Shown: piece after piece, positions 11,228 to 21,006 of the stretch
Position numbering within the stretch: the stretch's first letter is position 1
Layout of the letters: every line of letters starts with the position of its first letter
Assembly: GCA_000002445.1 (NCBI GenBank)
Contig: CP000070.1
Location: forward strand, 2,112,001-2,176,000
DNA: 64,000 bases
Source of the DNA: Trypanosoma brucei
Lineage: Eukaryota
Reading direction: 5' to 3'
Notes under the pieces: model-generated
Databases searched by the model: none
Seen by the model: the letters and a program-made list of their open reading frames with translations, nothing else
What the model was told of the DNA's origin: nothing
Program-made: the position numbers and the translations under genes

Positions 11228-11242
11228 GGGGGGGGGGGGGGG
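11228..11242. repeat. G15 homopolymer (preceded by GGGG-T), C15 on the coding strand of the unit
   Basis: Read directly from the sequence. It lies in the 3' flank of the giant repeat gene. Confidence 0.9.
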
Positions 11243-11778
11243 CGGAGAAAAATAAGGTAAAAAGATGGGGCAAAACGAGGCTTGCTCAAGACAAGAAGAC
11301 ACAGAGGGAAGCGCGCGTGGACAAATGGAAATGACGAAAGAGGCGACGACACATCTACTCAACTTCGTAAACCTCATCTAGTGCCCTTCATCTGCGGCTT
11401 CATCAAGCAGTAAAAAGAGCACAGTGCACCTTTACGCTGCGCATCGTTCCACCCGGTTAGCACCTGGGAGCGAAGTGCCCCTGCCGGTCCGGCCACAACT
11501 CCTTTTCTAACCTTCTTTCTGCCATTCTTCCTGCTTTCCCTCTTTAAGAGGCTGTTACATGAGGGCTCGACAGGAATCACATCTCGAAAGAAGGCGACGC
11601 AGCGAACACCAAAGCAACAATGGGACAATCCCAACGCATCTCCTTTTTCAGCTTCGTGGAGGATTTGCATGTTCATGAGACTGCTTATGAAAAAAAAAAA
11701 GGAGTAATGACACAACACAGGGGGCAACGCAGGGGAGGGACAAACCCTTCCTCCTTCCCTCACACACACCTATTGCAC

Positions 11779-14700
11779 TTATCGCACTTCGGAAAGTGAC
11801 GCAACCCACTTGGCGGCATCCCCTACCATCTCCTCCAACAGATTTTCAAGAGCATGACCTAACACCAACTGCGTGATTCCTGCACGGCGACTGTCCATGC
11901 CGAGTGTACCGGCACGACTTCCTGCATAGCACGGCGATCCCAGAGACCTTTGAGTCCCAGAATTCCCCAGACCATCTTCTCCACCTACCGCCAAAAGCGA
12001 TGCAGACGCTGAAGATGATAAGGCCCCATTACCGTCGTTACGCTCGAAAAGATTCTCGCGCAACCGCGCCTCACAGTAAAAGTCCTCCGCATTGTTGGTG
12101 CCCTTGCGCACCAGCTCTGTATAATGGTATGCAAGAAATCGAATATCACTGGGTTGTAGCCTCCCAAAGAGGCACTGTGGGGAGACGAGGCCAGCCGACC
12201 GCGACAGAGCCTCCTCTGAGGATAGAAAGGCTTCCTCATACCAAACGAACTCGTCCAGTCGCTGCAACTTCTCCCTTGAGGCCACTGTGATATAGTCGGA
12301 GGCTAGCCTTTCAGCCAAAGCACTGAGGCCCGCACGCCATTCTCCGGACAGCCCCCCCTCCCCCATCGCCGCAGCGGCAACCGAAATAATACTTTGGCTT
12401 AAAGTGCTCTCAATTGTTGAATAGGAAAGCAGACCGGGATGCGCTAAAGCCTCCAATGCCGTCCCCGCTCCCTCTACCAAGTAGTTGATAACAGAATCTA
12501 CCATGAACGCAGTGAACCGCTTCTCACAATTTCCAGCGTGCGCACTATACAGCAAAGAGGGGTCTGAAGGCGTAACCGTACCACTGTGCTCACCTTGCTT
12601 TTCAACCAAACGATTGGCACCACCCTCAGCAATAGACAACTCTACCACTGAATATATAGAAGGTGACTCACTAGAACCACTGATTACGCAATCAACAGAC
12701 GCAACACCAGCACCATTTAATTCGCCGACACAACTAAGCGTACCCTGGGTACCACAGTCGGGGCTTGGCAATGCACAGCTTCCGTACAACGTAGAGCTCC
12801 CGCCATAATAAAACTCAGAAGTTCCGGAAGAACAAACATCGTTATTAATCAGCATAGCAACGGTACTTATTCCGCTCGACAACACGTATTCCGTCACAGC
12901 CTCAGCAGCACCAACACAAGCTTCACCTCCACGAAAAGTATCCAGCAACGACATAGACATCACAGATTCCAACTCACCGCTATAGGCCACATCATCAACG
13001 ACACAACCAAAGCTACAAACGCCACCACAACAAACAGATGTAGCATCTTCGAAGCACTCTGATATCAAATTTACACACAAAGAACGCAAGCAATCAATAA
13101 TAAAAAGCTTATCACCAAACACTGCCGCCCCTTCACCATCAACCCCCAACTGTTCATCCTCTTCAGCCTTGAGACGAGATTCCTCTTCAGCCTTGAAACG
13201 AGCTTCCTCTTCAGCCTTGAGACGAGCTTCCTCTTCAGCCTTGAGACGAGCTTCCTCTTCAGCCTTGAAACGAGCTTCCTCTTCGGCCTTGAGACGAGCT
13301 TCCTCTTCAGCCTTGAAACGAGCTTCCTCTTCAGCCTTGAGACGAGCTTCCTCTTCAGCCTTGAAACGAGCTTCCTCTTCAGCCTTGAGACGAGCTTCCT
13401 CTTCAGCTTCTAGACGGGCGTCTTCCATTGCACGCGCACTGGCAATATGCCGTGAGAAGGCATCATTAAGGCTTTGCCTTATTATGTCGTCAGAGAGGGC
13501 TCTCACACGATCGATAATGTGTTCTTTACCTTCTAAGAGAGTAACAGCCTCTTCTTCAGCCTTGAGACGAGCTTCCTCTTCAGCCTTGAAACGAGCTTCC
13601 TCTTCAGCCTTGAGACGAGCTTCCTCTTCAGCCTTGACACGAGCCTCCTCTTCAGTTTTGAGACGAGCTTCCTCTTCAGCCTTGAAACGAGCTTCCTCTT
13701 CAGCCTTGAGACGAGCTTCCTCTTCAGCTTCTAGACGGGCGTCTTCCATTGCACGCGCACTGGCAATATGCCGTGAGAAGGCATCATTAAGGCTTTGCCT
13801 TATTATGTCGTCAGAGAGGGCTCTCACAAGATCGATAATGTGTTCTTTACCTTCTAAGAGAGTAACAGCCTCTTCTTCAGCCTTGACACGAGCCTCCTCT
13901 TCAGCCTTGAGACGAGCTTCCTCTTCAGCCTTGAAACGAGCTTCCTCTTCAGCCTTGAGACGAGCTTCCTCTTCAGCCTTGAAACGAGCTTCCTCTTCAG
14001 CCTTGAGACGAGCTTCCTCTTCAGCCTTGAAACGAGCTTCCTCTTCAGCCTTGACACGAGCTTCCTCTTCAGCCTTGAAACGAGCTTCCTCTTCAGCCTT
14101 GAAACGAGCTTCCTCTTCAGCTTCTAGACGGGCGTCTTCCATTGCACGCGCACTGGCAATATGCCGTGAGAAGGCATCATTAAGGCTTTGCCTTATTATG
14201 TCGTCAGAGAGGGCTCTCACACGATCGATAATGTGTTCTTTACCTTCTAAGAGAGTAACAGCCCCTTCTTCAGCCTTGACACGAGCTTCCTCTTCAGCCT
14301 TGAAACGAGCTTCCTCTTCAGCCTTGACACGAGCTTCCTCTTCAGCCTTGAAACGAGCTTCCTCTTCAGCCTTGAGACGAGCCTCCTCTTCAGCCTTGAG
14401 ACGAGCTTCCTCTTCAGCCTTGAGACGAGCTTCCTCTTCAGCCTTGACACGAGCTTCCTCTTCAGCTTCTAGACGGGCGTCTTCCATTGCACGCGCACTG
14501 GCAATATGCCGTGAGAAGGCATCATTAAGGCTTTGCCTTATTATGTCGTCAGAGAGGGCTCTCACACGATCGATAATGTGTTCTTTACCTTCTAAGAGAG
14601 TAACAGCCTCTTCTTCAGCCTTGACACGAGCCTCCTCTTCAGCCTTGAAACGAGCTTCCTCTTCAGCCTTGAAACGAGCTTCCTCTTCAGCCTTGAAACG

Positions 14701-17700
14701 AGCTTCCTCTTCAGCCTTGAGACGAGCTTCCTCTTCAGCCTTGAGACGAGCTTCCTCTTCAGCCTTGAGACGAGCTTCCTCTTCAGCCTTGAAACGAGCC
14801 TCTTCTTCAGCCTTGACACGAGCCTCCTCTTCAGTTTTGAGACGAGCTTCCTCTTCAGCCTTGAAACGAGCTTCCTCTTCAGCTTCTAGACGGGCGTCTT
14901 CCATTGCACGCGCACTGGCAATATGCCGTGAGAAGGCATCATTAAGGCTTTGCCTTATTATGTCGTCAGAGAGGGCTCTCACACGATCGATAATGTGTTC
15001 TTTACCTTCTAAGAGAGTAACAGCCCCTTCTTCAGCCTTGACACGAGCTTCCTCTTCAGCCTTGAAACGAGCTTCCTCTTCAGCCTTGACACGAGCTTCC
15101 TCTTCAGCCTTGAAACGAGCTTCCTCTTCAGCCTTGAGACGAGCTTCCTCTTCAGCCTTGAGACGAGCTTCCTCTTCAGCCTTGAAACGAGCTTCCTCTT
15201 CAGCTTCTAGACGGGCGTCTTCCATTGCACGCGCACTGGCAATATGCCGTGAGAAGGCATCATTAAGGCTTTGCCTTATTATGTCGTCAGAGAGGGCTCT
15301 CACACGATCGATAATGTGTTCTTTACCTTCTAAGAGAGTAACAGCCTCTTCTTCAGCCTTGACACGAGCTTCCTCTTCAGCCTTGAAACGAGCTTCCTCT
15401 TCAGCCTTGAGACGAGCTTCCTCTTCAGCCTTGAGACGAGATTCCTCTTCAGCCTTGAGACGAGCTTCCTCTTCAGCCTTGAAACGAGCTTCCTCTTCAG
15501 CCTTGAGACGAGCTTCCTCTTCAGCCTTGAGACGAGCTTCCTCTTCAGCTTCTAGACGGGCGTCTTCCATTGCACGCGCACTGGCAATATGCCGTGAGAA
15601 GGCATCATTAAGGCTTTGCCTTATTATGTCGTCAGAGAGGGCTCTCACACGATCGATAATGTGTTGTTTACCTTCTAAGAGAGTAACAGCCTCTTCTTCG
15701 GCCTTGAGACGAGCTTCCTCTTCAGCCTTGAGACGAGCTTCCTCTTCAGCCTTGAAACGAGCTTCCTCTTCAGCCTTGAAACGAGCTTCCTCTTCAGCCT
15801 TGAGACGAGATTCCTCTTCAGCCTTGAGACGAGCTTCCTCTTCAGCCTTGAGACGAGCTTCCTCTTCAGCCTTGAGACGAGCTTCCTCTTCAGCCTTGAG
15901 ACGAGATTCCTCTTCAGCCTTGAGACGAGCTTCCTCTTCAGCCTTGAGACGAGCTTCCTCTTCAGCCTTGAGACGAGCTTCCTCTTCAGCTTCTAGACGG
16001 GCGTCTTCCATTGCACGCGCACTGGCAATATGCCGTGAGAAGGCATCATTAAGGCTTTGCCTTATTATGTCGTCAGAGAGGGCTCTCACACGATCGATAA
16101 TGTGTTCTTTACCTTCTAAGAGAGTAACAGCCTCTTCTTCAGCCTTGACACGAGCTTCCTCTTCAGCTTTGATTCGTGCCTCTTCTTCAGCTTTGATTCG
16201 TGCCTCTTCTTCAGCTTTGATTCGTGCCTCTTCTTCAGCTTTGATTCGTGCCTCTTCTTCAGCTTTGATTCGTGCCTCTTCTTCAGCTCTGATTCGTGCC
16301 TCTTCTTCAGCTTTGATTCGTGCCTCTTCTTCAGCTCTGAGTCTCGCCTCTTCTTCAGCTCTGAGTCTCGCCTCTTCTTCAGCTTTGATTCGTGCCTCTT
16401 CTTCAGCTTTGATTCGTGCCTCTTCTTCAGCTCTGATTCGTGCCTCTTCTTCAGCTCTGATTCGTGCCTCTTCTTCAGCTCTGAGTCTCGCCTCTTCTTC
16501 AGCTCTGACTCTCGCCTCTTCTTCAGCTTTGAGTCTCGCCTCTTCTTCAGCTCTGATTCGTGCCTCTTCTTCAGCTTTGATTCGTGCCTCTTCTTCAGCT
16601 CTGATTCGTGCCTCTTCTTCAGCTCTGATTCGTGCCTCTTCTTCAGCTCTGAGTCTCGCCTCTTCTTCAGCTCTGACTCTCGCCTCTTCTTCAGCTCTGA
16701 GTCTCGCCTCTTCTTCAGTTCTGAGTCTCGCCTCTTCTTCAGCTTTGATTCGTGCCTCTTCTTCAGCTTTGATTCGTGCCTCTTCTTCAGCTCTGAGTCT
16801 CGCCTCTTCTTCAGCTCTGACTCTCGCCTCTTCTTCAGCTCTGAGTCTCGCCTCTTCTTCAGCTCTGAGTCTCGCCTCTTCTTCAGCTCTGAGTCTCGCC
16901 TCTTCTTCAGCTTTGATTCGTGCCTCTTCTTCAGCTCTGATTCGTGCCTCTTCTTCAGCTCTGATTCGTGCCTCTTCTTCAGCTTTGATTCGTGCCTCTT
17001 CTTCAGCTCTGATTCGTGCCTCTTCTTCAGCTCTGATTCGTGCCTCTTCTTCAGCTCTGAGTCTCGCCTCTTCTTCGAGAGATGGAGCGTGTTGAGAGGC
17101 GTGAATCGTAATTTCCTTTTGTTTTGTGTATGCGTGCTGTGCTGTGGGGTAGTTTGTTTCAATCCGTGAGGTAGTGTGAGTTTGTTTTCGTTCGATTTCC
17201 GTTCGATCGCTAAAATTTTGGCTTTGTGTTTTAGAGCTGTAACTTTTTTCTTCAAAATGTTTTGTTGGTTCGTGTGTTTCTTTTGCTTGTATAGCGAGGG
17301 TTTGTGTTGCTTTGTTTTCTGTTGGTGCCGGGTTTGTGTTTTGTATACTTTGAGTATGTCTTGTGATTGTCGTTCTTTCAGCAGCTGGTTGTCGCGTTAT
17401 GAGCGAGATGGTGTTGAAAGCAGACGGAGCTTCTGTATTGATATTGTTGTGGTTGTTACTTTTCTTGTAGTGTTTGTGTGCTTGTTCATCGTACTTGTTG
17501 TGCCGCTGCTCGTGGATTACTTTTTTCTGTGCGTCTTGTATTATACTTGATGAAAAGCAGTGACTTGTCTCTAGGTTATTACCAATCCCTGTACTTCGAG
17601 GTGGGCACCATGGGTCTGTGAATAGTTTGTTGCTTTGCTGTGACAACTGCACCGACTCTCTTGCTTTGTCTGCTTGTTGCAGCCCGTGGGGACCACTTAC

Positions 17701-18372
17701 TTTTCCTGCTGATGTTGGTTGGTGGTGCAGATGTGCGCTCACATGTTGTGCTGATAGCAAGACTAGTATTTTTTCCTCTCGGAAGGAGGCTGCAATGATA
17801 AGACGCTTCTTCTCGTACTTGTGAACTATCTCGCGGCGGGTGTGTGCTTCAGCTAAGACGACTGCGAACATCGCGGATGAGTGTTTTCGTGTCTCATAAT
17901 CGTCGGAAAGCAGTGATGTTGGAGGCCTTGTGACAGAATCCCCCCTTTTTTGGTATTCCTTCGAGGACCGAGTACCCGCTATGGGGTGCTGTTCTGACAC
18001 AAAACCTGGACCTAGTTGACATCCAGTGTATGCCCGCAGTGTCGGTTGTGTGGTCTCCGTTTGGACGTCATGGCTGCTACTCCGATGGGGCTGTTGAGCG
18101 GTCGTGGTTTTGGTGTCCCGCTTCCTCTTTGAACTGGATATTGGTTCTTCAGCCGCAGCGGCACATGTCCTATCGTGGTTTCCAAGGAACGCTTTCTGCG
18201 CCTCCCTTAATCTATGAATCTCTTCTTTTAGTCCATTAAGCTCCACACGGCTTCCTCCTTCTTTTTTGAGGCGCCTAAACTCTTCTATGAGCCACCCAGT
18301 CCGCTGTATATCTTCCAAGACCGCCAACGCATTAATGCGCACGACCGCCTTATCGCGGTGGGGTGGTGGCAT
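11779..18372 (-). CDS. Giant (~2197 aa) hyper-repetitive acidic protein. It has an N-terminal low-complexity region, ~39 tandem AEEEAR[ILV][KR] octads, eight higher-order units (39-aa unique module plus variable numbers of AEEEAR[LFV]K octads) and a C-terminal ~450-aa Cys-rich non-repetitive domain.
   Basis: 6.6-kb uninterrupted ORF co-oriented with the flanking genes. The repeats are perfect at the nucleotide level (24-nt unit gctgaagaggaagctcgtctcaag and variants). The ORF continues ~1.3 kb beyond the array on each side, which argues that the minus frame is the real one. A purine-rich plus-strand patch (pyrimidine tract in sense) sits ~100 nt 5' of the first ATG. The exact N-terminus is uncertain. 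Confidence 0.75.
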   Translation of the reverse strand: MPPPHRDKAVVRINALAVLEDIQRTGWLIEEFRRLKKEGGSRVELNGLKEEIHRLREAQKAFLGNHDRTCAAAAEEPISSSKRKRDTKTTTAQQPHRSSSHDVQTETTQPTLRAYTGCQLGPGFVSEQHPIAGTRSSKEYQKRGDSVTRPPTSLLSDDYETRKHSSAMFAVVLAEAHTRREIVHKYEKKRLIIAASFREEKILVLLSAQHVSAHLHHQPTSAGKVSGPHGLQQADKARESVQLSQQSNKLFTDPWCPPRSTGIGNNLETSHCFSSSIIQDAQKKVIHEQRHNKYDEQAHKHYKKSNNHNNINTEAPSAFNTISLITRQPAAERTTITRHTQSIQNTNPAPTENKATQTLAIQAKETHEPTKHFEEKSYSSKTQSQNFSDRTEIERKQTHTTSRIETNYPTAQHAYTKQKEITIHASQHAPSLEEEARLRAEEEARIRAEEEARIRAEEEARIKAEEEARIRAEEEARIRAEEEARIKAEEEARLRAEEEARLRAEEEARLRAEEEARVRAEEEARLRAEEEARIKAEEEARIKAEEEARLRTEEEARLRAEEEARVRAEEEARLRAEEEARIRAEEEARIRAEEEARIKAEEEARIRAEEEARLKAEEEARVRAEEEARLRAEEEARIRAEEEARIRAEEEARIKAEEEARIKAEEEARLRAEEEARLRAEEEARIKAEEEARIRAEEEARIKAEEEARIKAEEEARIKAEEEARIKAEEEARIKAEEEARVKAEEEAVTLLEGKEHIIDRVRALSDDIIRQSLNDAFSRHIASARAMEDARLEAEEEARLKAEEEARLKAEEEARLKAEEESRLKAEEEARLKAEEEARLKAEEEARLKAEEESRLKAEEEARFKAEEEARFKAEEEARLKAEEEARLKAEEEAVTLLEGKQHIIDRVRALSDDIIRQSLNDAFSRHIASARAMEDARLEAEEEARLKAEEEARLKAEEEARFKAEEEARLKAEEESRLKAEEEARLKAEEEARFKAEEEARVKAEEEAVTLLEGKEHIIDRVRALSDDIIRQSLNDAFSRHIASARAMEDARLEAEEEARFKAEEEARLKAEEEARLKAEEEARFKAEEEARVKAEEEARFKAEEEARVKAEEGAVTLLEGKEHIIDRVRALSDDIIRQSLNDAFSRHIASARAMEDARLEAEEEARFKAEEEARLKTEEEARVKAEEEARFKAEEEARLKAEEEARLKAEEEARLKAEEEARFKAEEEARFKAEEEARFKAEEEARVKAEEEAVTLLEGKEHIIDRVRALSDDIIRQSLNDAFSRHIASARAMEDARLEAEEEARVKAEEEARLKAEEEARLKAEEEARLKAEEEARFKAEEEARVKAEEEARFKAEEEARVKAEEGAVTLLEGKEHIIDRVRALSDDIIRQSLNDAFSRHIASARAMEDARLEAEEEARFKAEEEARFKAEEEARVKAEEEARFKAEEEARLKAEEEARFKAEEEARLKAEEEARFKAEEEARLKAEEEARVKAEEEAVTLLEGKEHIIDLVRALSDDIIRQSLNDAFSRHIASARAMEDARLEAEEEARLKAEEEARFKAEEEARLKTEEEARVKAEEEARLKAEEEARFKAEEEARLKAEEEAVTLLEGKEHIIDRVRALSDDIIRQSLNDAFSRHIASARAMEDARLEAEEEARLKAEEEARFKAEEEARLKAEEEARFKAEEEARLKAEEEARFKAEEEARLKAEEEARLKAEEEARFKAEEESRLKAEEDEQLGVDGEGAAVFGDKLFIIDCLRSLCVNLISECFEDATSVCCGGVCSFGCVVDDVAYSGELESVMSMSLLDTFRGGEACVGAAEAVTEYVLSSGISTVAMLINNDVCSSGTSEFYYGGSSTLYGSCALPSPDCGTQGTLSCVGELNGAGVASVDCVISGSSESPSIYSVVELSIAEGGANRLVEKQGEHSGTVTPSDPSLLYSAHAGNCEKRFTAFMVDSVINYLVEGAGTALEALAHPGLLSYSTIESTLSQSIISVAAAAMGEGGLSGEWRAGLSALAERLASDYITVASREKLQRLDEFVWYEEAFLSSEEALSRSAGLVSPQCLFGRLQPSDIRFLAYHYTELVRKGTNNAEDFYCEARLRENLFERNDGNGALSSSASASLLAVGGEDGLGNSGTQRSLGSPCYAGSRAGTLGMDSRRAGITQLVLGHALENLLEEMVGDAAKWVASLSEVR
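13140..17090. repeat. ~3.95-kb coding tandem-repeat array with a 24-nt unit, in two sequence families and hierarchical organisation
   Basis: Block 16140-17090 holds ~39 units of the gcctcttcttcagc[tc]t[tc]ga[tg]t[c]... family. Blocks 13165-16140 use the cttgagacgagcttcctcttcagc family, interrupted eight times (near 13410, 13730, 14120, 14465, 14885, 15205, 15545, 15985) by an identical ~120-nt unique module. Confidence 0.9.
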
Positions 18373-19550
18373 GCTAGACGAACGATCCCCGTTACTACTT
18401 ATTAATGAAAAGGAAGCTACCCGCTACTGTATAAAGGAGGGGATGCTTTCCCAGTGCATACACATGCGACGAAGAAAAAAAGAGAGTGTCGTCATGGCCC
18501 GAAACGCGTAGGCGAACCAATGGCAGTTAATACCAATATAAGTACGCGGCTCACTCGCAAGGATCTGAAGACATATAGTAGTGTGGGATGTAGCAAACCC
18601 TGAAGCAGCTGATCGAACTGGGAGTGAGGAAAGGAAACATAAAAGGTACGGGACATCTGTGTCGTGGGGGTTTGTTCGTGCACGCATGCAAGCACTTTCT
18701 TTCCGCCCCCTAACAGGAAGCACAGTCAAAGAAGAAGTGTTTGAAAGAACGCACGCTCCCCCCCCACCACATCTATAAATGATGGACCGAGCCTAACCCA
18801 AGTCAATTTCAACAAAGAGAGATATGCCGGAGGGCGCAGAGTACCATACATTCACGGTGCTTACGGTGTGCCAAAGAATGCTTGTATCTCCACATAGATA
18901 CACGCGCGCCCGCGCACTCGGTCAGCGGAACCGCAAAGTTGGTCCGCACGCAATAAAGAGCTATTTCACTCGCATCCCTTTTTTGCAGATTCCCAAGTCC
19001 TTTTAACCACCTCACGCCTCCCCATTTACCTTTTCTTTGTCCTCGTTTATCCTCCCACCTAACGCTTACAATGATAAGTTCGATACCCAATCCATTCGGT
19101 AACACCCAGCAAATGACAGCAAGGTGCGACTTACTTAACAGCGACACTTCACCTGCTACAGTTACTTGTTTCATTTTTTTCAGCTGGCGGAAGCCAAGGT
19201 AAGGCTAAATCTCATACGATCACTATGCTTGGCACGAATCCAGGCTCTCAGCAACTCACGTACAAAGTATTAGTCAACAGGGAATGTTGCCATGCAAGCC
19301 GCAACGCTGTCGAGTATCCTTCCCCCAGACACTCTAACGCGAATCTGTGCGCAGCCTGTGCTAGCGGTAAAAGCAATGGGGGAGGGAGCAGTAACACAGC
19401 AACATTTCCTACAAATTAAATGAACAGTGACGACCTGTCAACGCGCTTCCGCAAGGGCCCAAGCTACAAAGAAATATGGGTTCACAAGTTAAACTACTAA
19501 CGTACTATAATAAATCTCCAACAAGAGTGGTGCCCACCCAAGAGGTAGAT

Positions 19551-20558
19551 TTACTTCTTGACAACAACAATACCCTTTGTCCCTCCGTGAACAAAACATT
19601 CGTCCCACACGTCTGGCATCTTCTCCAAAGAAGGCGCCACGACCGTCGGGTACTTGAACCCCACAGAAGACAGTTGCTGCAAAACAACCTCCAGTTGTGT
19701 CTGCCGCTCTTCATATGAAAGTGACGCTAGATATGATGGAAGAAGGAACCCCTCCATTGTTACCTCGTTAAAGATTATGTTTGACCCGGAGATCATCAGT
19801 CCCACACCGCTTTGTGCACCGTAAGACACTGCGTGACCCCCCTTCCCAAGAAGCCCGAGAAACGTATCGAAGTGCCGGCCACCAATGGCGTTGAGGTACA
19901 GTGCTGCAGCGGAACCACCCAGTGCTTGACGCATCGCTCGGGATCCCTTTCCATTGTACTCGAATACCTCGCTGCCATATTCGGCATGGCGTTGTTTTGC
20001 CTTGTCGAACCGCTCACCCGGGGTACTGGCCGTCAGAACTCGGAAACCGAGGAGTTTACCCAAAGCTGCCACGGCAAGGGATGTAGCACTGCTACCGCCG
20101 TTCTGCACGATGACTTGTCCCTTACGTAAAGATGTAAAACCATTGACGAGGCGATGTGCAGTTATGTAGTTAGAAGCGTTCACCGCAAGTGGAATGTATT
20201 TGGAATCGATTTTATGTACGGAGTTGCAAGGCACGGCAACTCGCGTTGCCCATAACCCATTCAGCGGCGCTACCCAAACTGTGTCCCCTTCCTTTATAAC
20301 ACTGGAGCCGTTGTTGGCGACCACTACACCAACACCCTCAGAGCCACCTACCCTTGGGAAGGAAGGGAGTTGCAGCCGACGTCGACCCAGCACACTGCCA
20401 TTCACCACCGCCGCGTCTACACGGTGAAGCGGTGCTTGTAACACATCAACTACTACTTCGTTCCCTTTTGGAACAATTTCCATGGTCTCGTACTTCAAGA
20501 CATGGGCGATCGGTCCACACCGAGTATACAGCCACGCCTTCGAAGACAGCCTCGACAT
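19551..20558 (-). CDS. Medium-chain dehydrogenase/reductase (MDR) family oxidoreductase, trans-2-enoyl-CoA reductase / quinone-oxidoreductase-like, probably mitochondrial
   Basis: 335 aa. GroES-like N-terminal domain followed by a Rossmann segment with a glycine-rich nucleotide-binding motif (VIVQNGGSSATSLAVAALGKLLGF). Overall length and order match ETR1/MECR-type enoyl reductases. The basic/hydroxylated N-terminus is presequence-like. Confidence 0.6.
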   Translation of the reverse strand: MSRLSSKAWLYTRCGPIAHVLKYETMEIVPKGNEVVVDVLQAPLHRVDAAVVNGSVLGRRRLQLPSFPRVGGSEGVGVVVANNGSSVIKEGDTVWVAPLNGLWATRVAVPCNSVHKIDSKYIPLAVNASNYITAHRLVNGFTSLRKGQVIVQNGGSSATSLAVAALGKLLGFRVLTASTPGERFDKAKQRHAEYGSEVFEYNGKGSRAMRQALGGSAAALYLNAIGGRHFDTFLGLLGKGGHAVSYGAQSGVGLMISGSNIIFNEVTMEGFLLPSYLASLSYEERQTQLEVVLQQLSSVGFKYPTVVAPSLEKMPDVWDECFVHGGTKGIVVVKK

Positions 20559-21006
20559 TCAAAACTTAAGTTCAAGTGAGTATGATATTAAGTAAAAATA
20601 AACGGCAAGATGTGAGAAAAGTGCAAATAAGGCACACCAGTGGTCGTCACTAAAAATCCGTCCTTGACAATCGGCAACGTTACCTCCCTAGGGGCAAAAG
20701 CGGTGACCGCAGTTGTAGTGAGCATCGAAGCCGACAGAGCGAAACGCACTTCTCTACTGTTCAGAGGTAAGTACACGAAACAACAACAACCACCAAACAC
20801 ACCGCCTCCCGCGATATATATTCCACCATATGATCAAAGAATGTTAACGCCTTACTAACCATAAAGAAAGGACCGTCCATGTGTTCATCCGGTCCGTAAC
20901 CAAAAACCACCACGTGTACAATTCTCTGGAGTTTTATACCTAAAAGTGAAAATAAAAGTGCTACCGGAGGCTAACCTCATTCACTAACAAAGACCTGCTA
21001 GCTAAA

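Noticed and set aside
11374-11769. 131-aa minus-strand ORF directly 3' of the giant repeat gene
   Set aside because: It lies in the expected 3' UTR of the repeat gene. Its composition is not protein-like, and it is too close to the upstream stop to have its own splice signals.
13169-17095. 1308-aa plus-strand ORF (RASSSALKRASSSAL...) antisense to the repeat array, plus several lysine-rich minus-frame ORFs such as 16116-17255
   Set aside because: These are frame artefacts of a 24-nt periodic repeat, which keeps every frame open. The composition is pure low-complexity. The sense frame extends into unique flanking domains and matches the orientation of the transcription unit.
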